A stretch of 64,000 nucleotides of DNA from a virus. The stretch covers positions 1-64,000 of IMG/VR virus record IMGVR_UViG_3300020442_000009. One strand, written 5' to 3'. A program made the position numbers and the translations under genes. Each line of letters starts with the position of its first letter. Within the stretch, counting starts at the first letter, position 1. The notes beneath the pieces were generated by a model. That model did no database searches. It was not told the DNA's origin and worked only from the letters and a program-made list of their open reading frames with translations. Positions 48,722 through 59,180 of the stretch are shown piece after piece.

Positions 48722-49753
48722 TTAATTTTCTAGTAAAGATATTTTCTTCATTAAATTTTTTGATATTTTATTATTCTTATTCAAGTTTCTGGCTTTAGAT
48801 ATGACAAGTTTTGATTGGTCAGTTTCTGCAACTTGTTTTAATTTTTTATCCCACTGTTCAAAGTCGTCTTCATTCATATCCCCAAAATCATTTTGTGTTG
48901 GTAGGCATATCCTTATTAGGTCTGGAGAAAAGTAATTTAAAAGTTTTAAATAGTTTTTTATGGCTGCATCAAGCCCTCTATTATTAGATTTTTCTTTATC
49001 ATTATTAAAAGATATAAAAATTTTACTAAAACCTTTCTCTATCATCCAGCAAGATAATGTAGACGATATATCTAAACCAAAAGAAACTACAACATTTGTA
49101 TAGCCGTAATTAAATAAATTTAAACAATCTCCTATACTTTCTACTATTATAATAAAATCAGAATCAATTTTGTCTATATTTGGAATGTAATGTGGGTATA
49201 TCCAGTTTGCTTTTTTGCCCATATGTTTCCATTTAGCATCCTTTTTACTCGTCATATCTCTGCCTGAGAAACCATGAATCTGTCCATATCTATTGTATAT
49301 CGGGAAGGTATATCGTTGATACATAGATCCCTTGGTAGCATAACCCCCTTTAAATTTTTTTAATACAGATAAGTCTATTCCTCTGTCTTGATAAAATTGA
49401 TGATGTGGTAGTAACTCTGCAAGCCATTCTTCTGGATAGAGTTTTTCTTCTTCTGTTTTTCTTTTTGTGTTTTTTCCTTTTTCTGAAAGAAATCTTATGT
49501 CGTCTTGATTTAAATACTTGCTTAATTGTTTTGGATCGTTAGTATTTAGTGTTAAAACTAGAAGTTGTTTAAAAGGTTGAAACGGTGTATCTTTAACATA
49601 ATCTTTCCAAGTTCCACTATCTTTGTAGATTTGTAATGCAGTCTCATTGTCTCCGCCTCTATATAAAGCGGCGCATTGCCAATAAGGGCCTTTATCTCTG
49701 AGCTTATAGCCCAAATCTTCCAAAACGGAACGAATAGAGTCTGTGTTAATCAT
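48722..49753 (-). CDS. DNA primase (Toprim)
   Basis: RYTFPI, GFSGR, IVESIGD, FNND, NDFGDM. Confidence 0.85.
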   Translation of the reverse strand: MINTDSIRSVLEDLGYKLRDKGPYWQCAALYRGGDNETALQIYKDSGTWKDYVKDTPFQPFKQLLVLTLNTNDPKQLSKYLNQDDIRFLSEKGKNTKRKTEEEKLYPEEWLAELLPHHQFYQDRGIDLSVLKKFKGGYATKGSMYQRYTFPIYNRYGQIHGFSGRDMTSKKDAKWKHMGKKANWIYPHYIPNIDKIDSDFIIIVESIGDCLNLFNYGYTNVVVSFGLDISSTLSCWMIEKGFSKIFISFNNDKEKSNNRGLDAAIKNYLKLLNYFSPDLIRICLPTQNDFGDMNEDDFEQWDKKLKQVAETDQSKLVISKARNLNKNNKISKNLMKKISLLEN

Positions 49754-51261
49754 AAGTCAGGAACCTCATTTAATTCATCGTTAGAAACTATATCTAAAGT
49801 AGCTACATTTCTGTCAACTAAATCTTGAAGATCTCCTACTTCAGACATGTGAAAATTATTAAAGTTATAGTACAGTGCATTTGGAGCTAAGCTGCCATCG
49901 TCTAATCTAATTAGATTTGTAGCCCTTTCTGGAGACTCTCCTAGATGTCTATGCTTTAAGCAAAACAGTCTATGGGTTCCAAACTCATTATTGGAAATTA
50001 ATTCTTCCGTACTAAGTTTTCGTAAAAAGTAAAGATGTGTTGCTGCATGAATTATCCTATCTGAAAGAGAAACTACACTTTCATCTTCGACAATATTTTC
50101 AGTTGCTCTATTAGTGCTAATTCCTGATCTATTGCTTTGAACACTAGTTACCATTGATATTACAGGCTCTCCATCAAAAATAAAATCTTGGGTAAATCTT
50201 TTCCATTTGTCACACATGTCTCCAATAATTTGATACTCTTGTTTGTTGCCAAATTTTTCGGAAGTACTCTTAATGTAATCAAAATTAACTATCATTTCAT
50301 TTCCCCTACCAACCTTACTATAATAAAAACGTTTAGCTAAATTAATTTGCTCGTCAACATTCATTCCTCCCACATTAAAATAATGGAAGTTATAATTTTT
50401 TATTGTAGACCAGACTGACCTAACTTTTTTAACTACAGCATCTCCTGCCTGTCTCCACTTTCCTGTTTGAAGCAAATGAAATGGAACTCCTGTCTCTCTT
50501 GCAGCTAGCCTCATTTGAAGCTCTGTCTTGCTCATCTCCCCATTATCTAGATGCAATACAGGTACATGATTATTTAATTTTGATGTCTCTAAGCAAAGAT
50601 CAATAGTAAATTGAGTTTTGCCTACTCCAGAACGAGCGCAAAGCATGAATATGTTACCAGCTTGACAAGGATTTCCATAAAGCTCATTCATTCTTTTGTG
50701 AGGTCCAACTAATCCAAAATATTCAACAGGATTATTTCCCCTTTCCTCAACGACTTCTTCCATGTCTTCAAAAAGAGACTCTGGGTTAGAGCAAGAATTG
50801 TCGTAAGTATTTATATGGTCATTCCAAATTTTGTCGGAATCATTAATTAAAGATTCAAAAGGTGTGTCTATGGAAGTTTTTTCAAAAAACTTAGCCATCT
50901 CTCTGCATTTTGAAATACCTTTTCTTCTTATAGTTAATTGTTTTAAATCTTTTGCTGTTGATAATATAGATTTTTTAGAAACTTTTCTTAAATCTAAAGC
51001 CTGTACATACTGACCAATATGGACATTGGCATCAAAAGTTAAACCTAAGGAATTAATTCTTTCTGTTAGTGCTACATGATCTAGATGTATACCATTTTCT
51101 ATTGCATGTTTAACCACTGTAAAGATAGTCTTATTAACTAAATCTATTCCTTCGTCAAAATCTTCTTCATTTACAAAATGACCTATGTCAACATAAAGGT
51201 CTGGATATTTTATTAATCCAGCAAGAAGTTGCTTTTCTAGCTCAATAGAATTTAAACTCAT
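49750..51261 (-). CDS. dnaB: replicative DNA helicase
   Basis: ARSGVGKT, LDNGEM, FDYIK, VQSNRSG, LKHR. Confidence 0.85.
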   Translation of the reverse strand: MSLNSIELEKQLLAGLIKYPDLYVDIGHFVNEEDFDEGIDLVNKTIFTVVKHAIENGIHLDHVALTERINSLGLTFDANVHIGQYVQALDLRKVSKKSILSTAKDLKQLTIRRKGISKCREMAKFFEKTSIDTPFESLINDSDKIWNDHINTYDNSCSNPESLFEDMEEVVEERGNNPVEYFGLVGPHKRMNELYGNPCQAGNIFMLCARSGVGKTQFTIDLCLETSKLNNHVPVLHLDNGEMSKTELQMRLAARETGVPFHLLQTGKWRQAGDAVVKKVRSVWSTIKNYNFHYFNVGGMNVDEQINLAKRFYYSKVGRGNEMIVNFDYIKSTSEKFGNKQEYQIIGDMCDKWKRFTQDFIFDGEPVISMVTSVQSNRSGISTNRATENIVEDESVVSLSDRIIHAATHLYFLRKLSTEELISNNEFGTHRLFCLKHRHLGESPERATNLIRLDDGSLAPNALYYNFNNFHMSEVGDLQDLVDRNVATLDIVSNDELNEVPDL

Positions 51262-51268
51262 TGGGCTA

Positions 51269-51297
51269 ATTATAGAATATAATCAAACAAAAGTCAA
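51269..51297 (-). promoter_or_regulatory. sigma70-type promoter (leaderless geometry)
   Basis: TTGACT-17-TATAAT, 7 nt before the dnaB ATG. Confidence 0.75.
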
Positions 51298-51566
51298 GAA
51301 TTTTCTCGATCTCCGCCAAATTCACTAGGAAAATCGGCTTCTTCTATTTGTATTAGATACTTTTCTGCAGCTTTTCTTAATCCCATTTCTGTAATCTGAG
51401 TTCCAGCTTTAGTTAAAACCATAGGCATTCCATCTTGATCTGCATAACAAAGAAGAAAACCTTTAGAAGCTTCTTCAGTATTTCCTGTAAACTCATACAA
51501 TTTTTCAAGAAAAGAAGAAGGTATTTGAAATTGTGGTAAGTTATCTGGGTCTAGATTTTCATTCAT
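51294..51566 (-). CDS. hypothetical protein
   Basis: 90 aa; GTGTA at 51577-51581. Confidence 0.6.
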   Translation of the reverse strand: MNENLDPDNLPQFQIPSSFLEKLYEFTGNTEEASKGFLLCYADQDGMPMVLTKAGTQITEMGLRKAAEKYLIQIEEADFPSEFGGDRENS

Positions 51567-51584
51567 CAGTATATATTACACTAA

Positions 51585-51995
51585 TTAGAGTAAGATGTCG
51601 AGCTTTTTAAAAAACGACTTAGATAATTTATCTTTTTCAAATATTTCAACAAGTTTTATTTCATTTAATTCACAAAAATCATGTTTATCATTATCTCTTT
51701 TTAGTTGCATGAGATAATTGTTTTTGTAATCTCCATGAAAAAAGGGTACATGCTTTGTATGTTGGGCTCCTTGTACTTCAATTGCTATCTTTTGGTTTGC
51801 ATTATAAAAATCAAAAGTCATCCTGCTGCCAGCTACTGGAAACTCTTCAAATACAATTTGCCTTTGCCAATAATCTTTTAAGAAATCTTTTACTGATTTT
51901 TGAAATTTACTTTTACTTGAACCATCCCAGTTTACTAAATATTTATTTATACCTATAACTTTTCTAGTTCTTCCTGTTAAGGTTTTAAACTTCAA
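51585..51995 (-). CDS. DUF559/Vsr-like endonuclease
   Basis: FDFY...IAIEVQGAQH...Q.KRD..K..FC. Confidence 0.75.
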   Translation of the reverse strand: MKFKTLTGRTRKVIGINKYLVNWDGSSKSKFQKSVKDFLKDYWQRQIVFEEFPVAGSRMTFDFYNANQKIAIEVQGAQHTKHVPFFHGDYKNNYLMQLKRDNDKHDFCELNEIKLVEIFEKDKLSKSFFKKLDILL

Positions 51996-53698
51996 CCTTC
52001 AATCCTCTCTTCTGGTTTGTAATATTTAAACCTTTCATGAGTAACTGGAGAGGCTAGTAAAACTGCGGGATTAATTTCTCCTTTTAATGTTTCTTGAAAA
52101 ATGTGAGACATCCATGTCTGCTCGTATGGATGAGCCCATTTTGTATTAATAAACATTTTTTTATTACCTTCTCTGTTTACTATCATCGGCCAGTTTGCAT
52201 AGTAAATTTCTCCAGATATGTAAGCTAGACCATCAAGCATATTAATATTTTTAAATTGAGTTCTGGGGGAGTGTGGGTCAAGTCCGGTCACCGGTAATTT
52301 ATTATAATTTGGCCAAATCTCATCTCTTTTAGATTGTGGGACATTATACCAACTTACTTGAATATGGTTATCCATATATACTTCAGTAAAAGATAGCTTA
52401 AGGTAATCAAACTCTTCTTTAAGCATGATCTGATGAAGTTTTTTATATAAATTTGGAACATATTTTTGAAGTCCATTTCTACATATACCTTCATCTGGAT
52501 TTGATATGGTCATATCGTCCTCGAAAAATAAATAAAAGTCTGCATCGCTCTCATCAAAATGTTCTGCAGCAAACTGTCTGCCTCCGCATATGCCTGTATT
52601 CTTTTCTCTAGGCAAATGTTCGAATCCATACTTTTCACACAATTTTTTATTACCTTCTATAGCTTCAGCTGAAGTTGAGTTGTCGATAATAAATTTTTTA
52701 ACGGGATGAGTTAAGAATCCTTCATGCTTTTGTAAAGATTTAATTGTAAACTCTAATTGCTCTGGATAATTAAAAGTTAAAAAATATAAATGTGTTTTAA
52801 TTTTAGAAATGTCATGAACAATTGTCTTAAACTTTTGCATGGGTGATTCCACCTTAACGAGTTCAGCCTCGTCTTTTTCAATCGCTTGGATAAATTTTAC
52901 CACTAAACCATTGCCATCTAATGCATACCTCCTGTAGTTTTCAGGATGAAGATTCGCCATAATACTGAAAACACTCTCTTCTGTACCCATGAAGCCTTCC
53001 GATAAAGATCTATTTAGTAGGGCATAGTATAAGCTATTAGCTTCAGAAAGAAAATCTTTATGTGAACCAAATAAGCCACCCCTACAAACATAATCAACTT
53101 TTTTTCCTGCATATCTATCCATGGCTCTTGAATCAAATCCGTGAATTTCATCTGTAGCTTCATATGGATACGATAAAAATAAAAATGGATCTATTTTTTC
53201 TCTGATCCTATTTAAAATTTTTACATCATAAAAATAATTTTCATAGCATGTTTGACTAATTCCTGCATCGAGCCACATAAAGTAATCTGTATCAAATGGA
53301 TTCCAAATTTTGGCATCATGCATAAAAAACATCTTGGACATCACAATAGGATTGTACCATTCATTACTTGCTTGAGGGCTATTTGGTAGCCAACCATGCT
53401 CTCCAGTAATATGCAGCCACTCTTTGCTTGTCCTGATCTTTTGAGCATTTTCCCAAAAAGGATTGAACATTATATTTTTAATATCATCAAGTTCGTATAC
53501 CCTGATGTAAGTATTTTTTTCAGACCGCCTTTCTCTTACAAATGCTTCTAAGTCTTTAGGGACAAAAAGAACCATTGGGCAAGGTATTTTTAGAAACTTG
53601 TCAAAATGTTCCCTATATATAGAGAAGTCTCTACCGGCTCTAGCTATATCCCAAAGCCCTGTTACGATTGTTAAATTTTCTGCTTGATTTTCATTCAT
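51992..53698 (-). CDS. HtrL/YibB-like domain fused to a GT-A glycosyltransferase domain
   Basis: TIVTGLWDI.R, Y...MSK, YFMWLDAG, GGLFG, GTEE; C-terminal IIDNS, NTG..GGR, FFEDD. Confidence 0.75.
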   Translation of the reverse strand: MNENQAENLTIVTGLWDIARAGRDFSIYREHFDKFLKIPCPMVLFVPKDLEAFVRERRSEKNTYIRVYELDDIKNIMFNPFWENAQKIRTSKEWLHITGEHGWLPNSPQASNEWYNPIVMSKMFFMHDAKIWNPFDTDYFMWLDAGISQTCYENYFYDVKILNRIREKIDPFLFLSYPYEATDEIHGFDSRAMDRYAGKKVDYVCRGGLFGSHKDFLSEANSLYYALLNRSLSEGFMGTEESVFSIMANLHPENYRRYALDGNGLVVKFIQAIEKDEAELVKVESPMQKFKTIVHDISKIKTHLYFLTFNYPEQLEFTIKSLQKHEGFLTHPVKKFIIDNSTSAEAIEGNKKLCEKYGFEHLPREKNTGICGGRQFAAEHFDESDADFYLFFEDDMTISNPDEGICRNGLQKYVPNLYKKLHQIMLKEEFDYLKLSFTEVYMDNHIQVSWYNVPQSKRDEIWPNYNKLPVTGLDPHSPRTQFKNINMLDGLAYISGEIYYANWPMIVNREGNKKMFINTKWAHPYEQTWMSHIFQETLKGEINPAVLLASPVTHERFKYYKPEERIEG

Positions 53699-54639
53699 TG
53701 ATCTAAAATGCCAGATTGTTCTATTAGTTTAAAAGAGTTTTCTACAATTTTTTCAGTAGTAAAATATTTTTTATAAAAATTATATCCATTTGCTCCTACT
53801 TTTTTTAATAAATTAGTGTTGTCTTTTATTTCTTGATATTTTTCTATAACACTTTCTTTTAATTTATCTAAATCTTTAGGTATGGGAGTTACTGTCTCAT
53901 AGCTAGGTTCCCATTCTATAGGAAAATAAACATCGTCAGGAATGTCAACAATTAATTTTGAAGTAAATCTAGGTCTTATAAAAGGTATTCCAGCTCTCCA
54001 GTATTCGATGTCTCTGTTGCACATATCTCTAATTCCAGACATGGAGAAGCACAGTTTTGCTTCACACATTTTTGTTTTATAGTCTTTTTCTTTTGACCCT
54101 TTTATATCTATTCCCTTTACTCCGCAATCCTCAAGCCGTTTGACTAAATTTCTAACGGTACTAATGTATAGACCCCTGAAATAAATTGATTCATTTTGAG
54201 GTTTATAACAGTTTTCTGGGTATAATGTCTCCCAGTTCCAAGGTCTAAAGTACCAAGGTTTTACTTTATGTCTAATATCTTCACGAACATCTCTGTCGAT
54301 AATTTTTTGATCATAATGACCTGAGTGAAGTACTACCAATTGTTCTCTTGGTATGTCGGAATAGCCTCCTGTGAGTTGTCTTAGGTCAAAATAGGTGGAA
54401 AAAATTAAACACTTTTCTGTTTTAGGGTTTGAAATGAGGGTGCTATTTGGATTAAAAGATGTTTTGTGTCCATATAAGTTATACTGGGGCCATCCTGATT
54501 GGTTTTTTGAGTTAGCTTTTTCAGCAAGCTCAATATCAAAACCTTTACTTTCTAGTAATTTTAGCAGCCTAATGTTAAAATCCCAAAACCACTCCAGTTT
54601 AGACTTTCCATTTACTCCTCCTATGTAATTAAGTTTCAT
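53695..54639 (-). CDS. glycosyltransferase-like protein (GT-B-type C-terminus)
   Basis: IYFRG, CNRDIE...GIP, KVGANGYNFY. Confidence 0.55.
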   Translation of the reverse strand: MKLNYIGGVNGKSKLEWFWDFNIRLLKLLESKGFDIELAEKANSKNQSGWPQYNLYGHKTSFNPNSTLISNPKTEKCLIFSTYFDLRQLTGGYSDIPREQLVVLHSGHYDQKIIDRDVREDIRHKVKPWYFRPWNWETLYPENCYKPQNESIYFRGLYISTVRNLVKRLEDCGVKGIDIKGSKEKDYKTKMCEAKLCFSMSGIRDMCNRDIEYWRAGIPFIRPRFTSKLIVDIPDDVYFPIEWEPSYETVTPIPKDLDKLKESVIEKYQEIKDNTNLLKKVGANGYNFYKKYFTTEKIVENSFKLIEQSGILDQ

Positions 54640-55253
54640 TATTGTTTTTCAGCACATAACCAAACTTTTTTACTAAACTCCTCTTGCATAAAATGCTTTA
54701 AGTTGTTTTCTTCAAATTTATTTTTTATGTGAGAGTATTCAATTTCATGCCAGTTCCAAATTTTATCTTTTATGTAATCATTAAAAAAGTTTTTATCATG
54801 AGCATAATCATGAGCCATAATGAAATCTCCAGACTTTAAGAAAGAACTAAGTAAATTAAATTCTCTGTATTTACATCCACCATCACATAACAATAATGTT
54901 TTTTTTGAATTATTTAAATATTCATGAATGGATGCATCTTCTTTAATTTTATCCATAACATTGTTGAAAATATTCTCATCATATTTAATAATTTCACCTC
55001 TGGATAAGTAGGGCTCCATTCCTCTTGTTCCTGTATTAGGGTCATATGTAATAATTTTGCAAGAATCATTGCCGCATTCATTTAAGGCATCTCTAACTAT
55101 TAATGTAGTTCCAGCCTGAGCAGTTCCTATTTCAATTACTTGATCGAAAGTAATCTGTTGAAAAAGTTTTAAGAAAGTATCATAGATACCTTCTACTTGC
55201 ATTGCTGTAACAGTATGACCTAACTTTGATTTGTATGCAAACCATCCCTTCAT
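54639..55253 (-). CDS. class I SAM-dependent methyltransferase (CmcI/Methyltransf_24-like)
   Basis: VIEIGTAQAG, ITYD, LCDGG, LKSGDFIMAHDY. Confidence 0.75.
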   Translation of the reverse strand: MKGWFAYKSKLGHTVTAMQVEGIYDTFLKLFQQITFDQVIEIGTAQAGTTLIVRDALNECGNDSCKIITYDPNTGTRGMEPYLSRGEIIKYDENIFNNVMDKIKEDASIHEYLNNSKKTLLLCDGGCKYREFNLLSSFLKSGDFIMAHDYAHDKNFFNDYIKDKIWNWHEIEYSHIKNKFEENNLKHFMQEEFSKKVWLCAEKQ

Positions 55254-55254
55254 T

Positions 55255-56502
55255 TTATAATGTACTTTCTACTCTTTCGGCCCAGCCTTTTGATTTACTG
55301 TGAGCCCACATGACCCACTTTGTTGGCTTGCCTTTTGTGTTTTGATTAAATATATTTTCAAAGCTTAACCATTCTCCTGACTGAGAAAATTCTCTTTTAA
55401 TTCTAGCTTCATCCCAATCATCTCTAAATACAGAATTGCCATCTTTATCATCAAATGCAACAATCATACAATCATAATCATTACCTTTAAATTCAGATTT
55501 GTTTACATTAATACAGTGATAAAAAGAATCCACCCAAGGGTTTGTTTCTTCGTCTACTGGAGGATTATGTGGAACCTTATGGTCTAATGTATATTGCTGT
55601 ATTCTGTGATTAGTAAAATCTAAACCTGCAAAATTTTGATAATCTTCTATGGTTCTTTCGTTTCCAATATCAAAATCAGTAAGATCAAAGCCGTTGTCTT
55701 CAACTCGCAATAATTGGCGTATTTTTGCTCTCGCTTTCTCTTGGCCCTTGTTAAAATCTTTCCCAGCTTTATAAAAATCATCCCATACTAATATACCATC
55801 TCTTTCTTCCCTCATTGTAGCATGCCAAATAACTGGTTTAGGTAGGTGATATATATCATAGCCGTGGGTATACCCCCTGATTGTCATGTGCAATTCTTCG
55901 CCGCTAAACACAATATCTGGGTCATGCCTAATTGTTTTTCCCCAATCATTACTTGAAAATAAGAAATGTCCAGAAACGTATCTTCCTGCAATGGGCTCTT
56001 TTGTGTTTGGGTAATGGCCCGGTCTTACAAAACATGTGCCATGAGGGTAGAAACAAACTACATGCGTTTGCCAAGTTTCATTGACTCGATCTTTAGGGTC
56101 ATTAAATGGATTGTAATAGGGTAAGTAACCTCCTATGATTACCTTCTTTGATTTTTTTAAAAGTTTATTATGTAGCCTGATTAGATAATCATCCCAATTC
56201 TTGTCAAACCTGTGGTGAGAATCTAATTGTAATAAATAATCTTCATCAGTTAGAAGTTCATCGTTGATTAAGCCTCTAGCATAAGGTAATCCTTTAGCTT
56301 CGTTGTAAGGTATATCAATAATTTTAAACCTAGGGTCTGATCTAAATTCATCTATGTTATCAAATTTATCTTGTTCGTTAAACTGCCTACAGATACCAAA
56401 GTAAATTCTCTTAGGGTGCTTTGCATTTTCTAAAGCACTTTTAATTGTTGGAAGCAATTCTGGCTCTCTGTATGCAGGAAGATGAACTAAGATTGATTTC
56501 AT
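55255..56502 (-). CDS. GT60-like GlcNAc transferase, paralog 1
   Basis: AYREPEL.PTI, G..YAR, LQLDSHHRF...WD, SGHFLF, DP...FSGEE...R.YTHGYD. Confidence 0.8.
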   Translation of the reverse strand: MKSILVHLPAYREPELLPTIKSALENAKHPKRIYFGICRQFNEQDKFDNIDEFRSDPRFKIIDIPYNEAKGLPYARGLINDELLTDEDYLLQLDSHHRFDKNWDDYLIRLHNKLLKKSKKVIIGGYLPYYNPFNDPKDRVNETWQTHVVCFYPHGTCFVRPGHYPNTKEPIAGRYVSGHFLFSSNDWGKTIRHDPDIVFSGEELHMTIRGYTHGYDIYHLPKPVIWHATMREERDGILVWDDFYKAGKDFNKGQEKARAKIRQLLRVEDNGFDLTDFDIGNERTIEDYQNFAGLDFTNHRIQQYTLDHKVPHNPPVDEETNPWVDSFYHCINVNKSEFKGNDYDCMIVAFDDKDGNSVFRDDWDEARIKREFSQSGEWLSFENIFNQNTKGKPTKWVMWAHSKSKGWAERVESTL

Positions 56503-57782
56503 ATGTGAGGTATTTCTCCTTCAATAATTTCCATCCAACCTTTTTCTTTGCTATGAGGCCACACTAGCCATTTTTTTGGAATAACACTAGTATTAAAATC
56601 TCTCCACATTCTAACAAAATCATCACTAGGATCGTTTAACATTAAATTATTTAATTCATTTTCATCTGCATCAAGTCTTACTAATTCTTTTCCATTTTTA
56701 TCTTTAAATGCAACAACCCAAACATCATAATCTTTTTCTGTAAATGCAGGCTTATGTATATCTATACAATATTTAAATTTTGAAACAAACTTTGCATCAT
56801 ATTTCTTTTTATCTTTTATGAATTTTATTGGAGGAACTTTTCTGTCATAAGTGTCTTGATGTACTCTCCTGTCCTTGAATTTAATGCCCGCATACCTTTC
56901 GTAATCTACAAGACTTCTAACTTTTCCTAGACCATACTTTGGAAAATGTTTTCTTCTGATTCCATCCACTCCAAGAAGCTCTTTAAATCTTAAAAAACTT
57001 TTGTTATTTAATTCTTCCCATTTGGCAACATCATCCCAATGTCTTGAGCCTTTTGCTCTTGTATAATGATGCCAAAACCAAGGTCTGTGAAGGTGAAATA
57101 AGTCATACCCATGAGTAAAAGCTCTGACTGCAAGAGAGCTTTCTTCTCCATGAAAATATAGATGGGGATCATATGGAACCTCTTTAACAAAGTTGCCCTG
57201 AGAGAATAAAAAATGACCAGATAAAAATCTAGCTCGCTCTGGTTCAGCTTTTTTATCTTGTATGCTTTCTGGAAAAATAAAAATAGGTCCTTCTGGCATA
57301 AATCTATCTATGTATGTTCTCCAAACATCATTTAGTTTATCTTCATTCTTTGAACCTGTGTCTGGGTCATAAGAAGGCAAGTAAGAAGAGATGATGGGTT
57401 TTTTGTGACCTTTTTTAATTAAAGATCTAAATGTTTTTTTAATTTTAAAATCCCAATCTTTTATAAATCTATGGTGAGAATCTAATTGAAAATAAAACTC
57501 TTCATCATCATATAGTTTTTGAATTTTATGCCTAGCATTGCATACTCCTACGGATTTACTCCATAGTGTTTCAATGATTTTAAATCTTTTATCTTTTTTA
57601 TATTTGGTTAAATCATCGAAGCCATCGTCTGGGTGGTACTGCCTTGATATTGCAAACACTAAATTCTGTGGCATTTTAGCATTTTTAATGCAGTCTTCTA
57701 TTGTTGGTATTAGCTCAGAATCTCTGTAGCTTGCTATAGAAATAAAAATTTTATTTTTCTTCATTAAATATTTTCCTAACAA
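56499..57782 (-). CDS. GT60-like GlcNAc transferase, paralog 2
   Basis: IFISIASYRDSEL, GVCNAR, QLDSHHRF..DWD, YDP.LYFHGEE..LAVRAFTHGYD, HHY.R, GLGKVRSL.DYE.YAG. Confidence 0.85.
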   Translation of the reverse strand: MLGKYLMKKNKIFISIASYRDSELIPTIEDCIKNAKMPQNLVFAISRQYHPDDGFDDLTKYKKDKRFKIIETLWSKSVGVCNARHKIQKLYDDEEFYFQLDSHHRFIKDWDFKIKKTFRSLIKKGHKKPIISSYLPSYDPDTGSKNEDKLNDVWRTYIDRFMPEGPIFIFPESIQDKKAEPERARFLSGHFLFSQGNFVKEVPYDPHLYFHGEESSLAVRAFTHGYDLFHLHRPWFWHHYTRAKGSRHWDDVAKWEELNNKSFLRFKELLGVDGIRRKHFPKYGLGKVRSLVDYERYAGIKFKDRRVHQDTYDRKVPPIKFIKDKKKYDAKFVSKFKYCIDIHKPAFTEKDYDVWVVAFKDKNGKELVRLDADENELNNLMLNDPSDDFVRMWRDFNTSVIPKKWLVWPHSKEKGWMEIIEGEIPHI

Positions 57783-58845
57783 TTGTTTCGAAGTGCTTTC
57801 TTATATTAATATTTGACTCTATTAGTTCAAGTAATTTTTGATCTCCTTGTATTTTTTCAGGACAATCAATTTTTGATTTTTTGAGGTCAGATAAAAGGTC
57901 TTCATCGAAGGATATCCAAGCTCCTTTTTTTTCTATAAATCCCCAAAGATACATCATGTCTATAATTTCTTTTTCTTTCCATATGGAATTACCATCGATT
58001 CTCCCATAGCGAATTGGATACCTGACTTGGGCTCCAGTTTTTTCATTAACACTTTTTCTAAATCTAATTTTGCAATAGTGGCCAATTGGATTGCCCTTGT
58101 CTTCTAGTTTTGTTGCCGAAGGATTTTGCCACATGATATCATTGTTGTATCTTTCTTCAAATTCTAAAATAAAATTAGCATAATGCTTTATTGCATTACC
58201 TCCAGCTTGTTTTACTTTTGGACCTCCTCTTGCAGCATATGGATTGGAAGCTACCTCAACTCTAACTTGAGAAGTAAGTAACATCATATGTCCCATTTTG
58301 GTGATAGGTAGTACCATCTTTTTTAAAAAAACTGATGTAACTAATGCTCCCCCGGCAACTTGTTCACTTTCTGCAAAAGGTTTGTCTACATCATTCATTC
58401 TGCAAAGAGCATCTACACTATCAATAATAAACATATATTTTTTACTTTCTTCATTATTGAATACTAGATCCCTTATAAACTCAAAAACTTTTTCAAAAAT
58501 ATTACAGTCTAATACAAAAAACTTTTCAGGGTCTTGGTCTACTCCTGTTCTTTTTAACATTTCTTTGCTTAGCCTACCTTCTGATTTTACTATGACAACC
58601 ATTCCATTTTTACCAAAATGTGATTGAAAATTTTTAGCAACTGTTAGTGCGCAGCTAGTTTTTCCTCCTTCATTAACTCCTGTGAACCGATGAGCTCCTG
58701 CGGGAAATCCTCCACCTAATGCGAGGTCTAAATTTAAACTTCCACTGGATACTTTGTAGTCTTCTTCTTCGAAATTATTGAAATGATATTTTTGATTGTC
58801 CTTGTCTTGTAAGAACTTATTGATTTGATCTAATGTTTTGCTCAT
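57751..58845 (-). CDS. recA: RecA/UvsX recombinase
   Basis: SSGSLNLDLALGGGFP, GVNEGGKT, IIDSV, SQVR, GGNAIKHYA. Confidence 0.9.
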   Translation of the reverse strand: MSKTLDQINKFLQDKDNQKYHFNNFEEEDYKVSSGSLNLDLALGGGFPAGAHRFTGVNEGGKTSCALTVAKNFQSHFGKNGMVVIVKSEGRLSKEMLKRTGVDQDPEKFFVLDCNIFEKVFEFIRDLVFNNEESKKYMFIIDSVDALCRMNDVDKPFAESEQVAGGALVTSVFLKKMVLPITKMGHMMLLTSQVRVEVASNPYAARGGPKVKQAGGNAIKHYANFILEFEERYNNDIMWQNPSATKLEDKGNPIGHYCKIRFRKSVNEKTGAQVRYPIRYGRIDGNSIWKEKEIIDMMYLWGFIEKKGAWISFDEDLLSDLKKSKIDCPEKIQGDQKLLELIESNINIRKHFETIVRKIFNEEK

Positions 58846-59174
58846 GATAAAAACTCTCTAATTGTTTTTGGTTTTTTGTTTATAATTGCATCCTTGCCAC
58901 TTTTTTCTCCAAGAGTTTGACTTGTTATCTCTGGTAACTTATAATGAAATTCATTATACTTTTTTTCAAGAATTTTTTTTCCGTAGTCTGATTTTAATAT
59001 ACGAAGCGAATCCCATTCTTGGTTAAAATTTACTTTACTCCAAAACTCCATATTTGGATAGTTTTCTAGGAGGTCATTAAATAATTTAAATTCCCTTTTC
59101 CAAAATACAGCTCTCTGATTTGGGGGAATTTGTATAATTCTTTTTAATATTTCTCTCTTATTATACTTTGTCAC
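58842..59174 (-). CDS. hypothetical protein
   Basis: 110 aa, first gene after the promoter at 59181-59209. Confidence 0.6.
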   Translation of the reverse strand: MTKYNKREILKRIIQIPPNQRAVFWKREFKLFNDLLENYPNMEFWSKVNFNQEWDSLRILKSDYGKKILEKKYNEFHYKLPEITSQTLGEKSGKDAIINKKPKTIREFLS

Positions 59175-59180
59175 TAAAGT

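Noticed and set aside
41429-51261. Inteins or introns in dnaE, primase or dnaB
   Set aside because: Lengths are ordinary and no intein terminal motifs or frame interruptions are evident.
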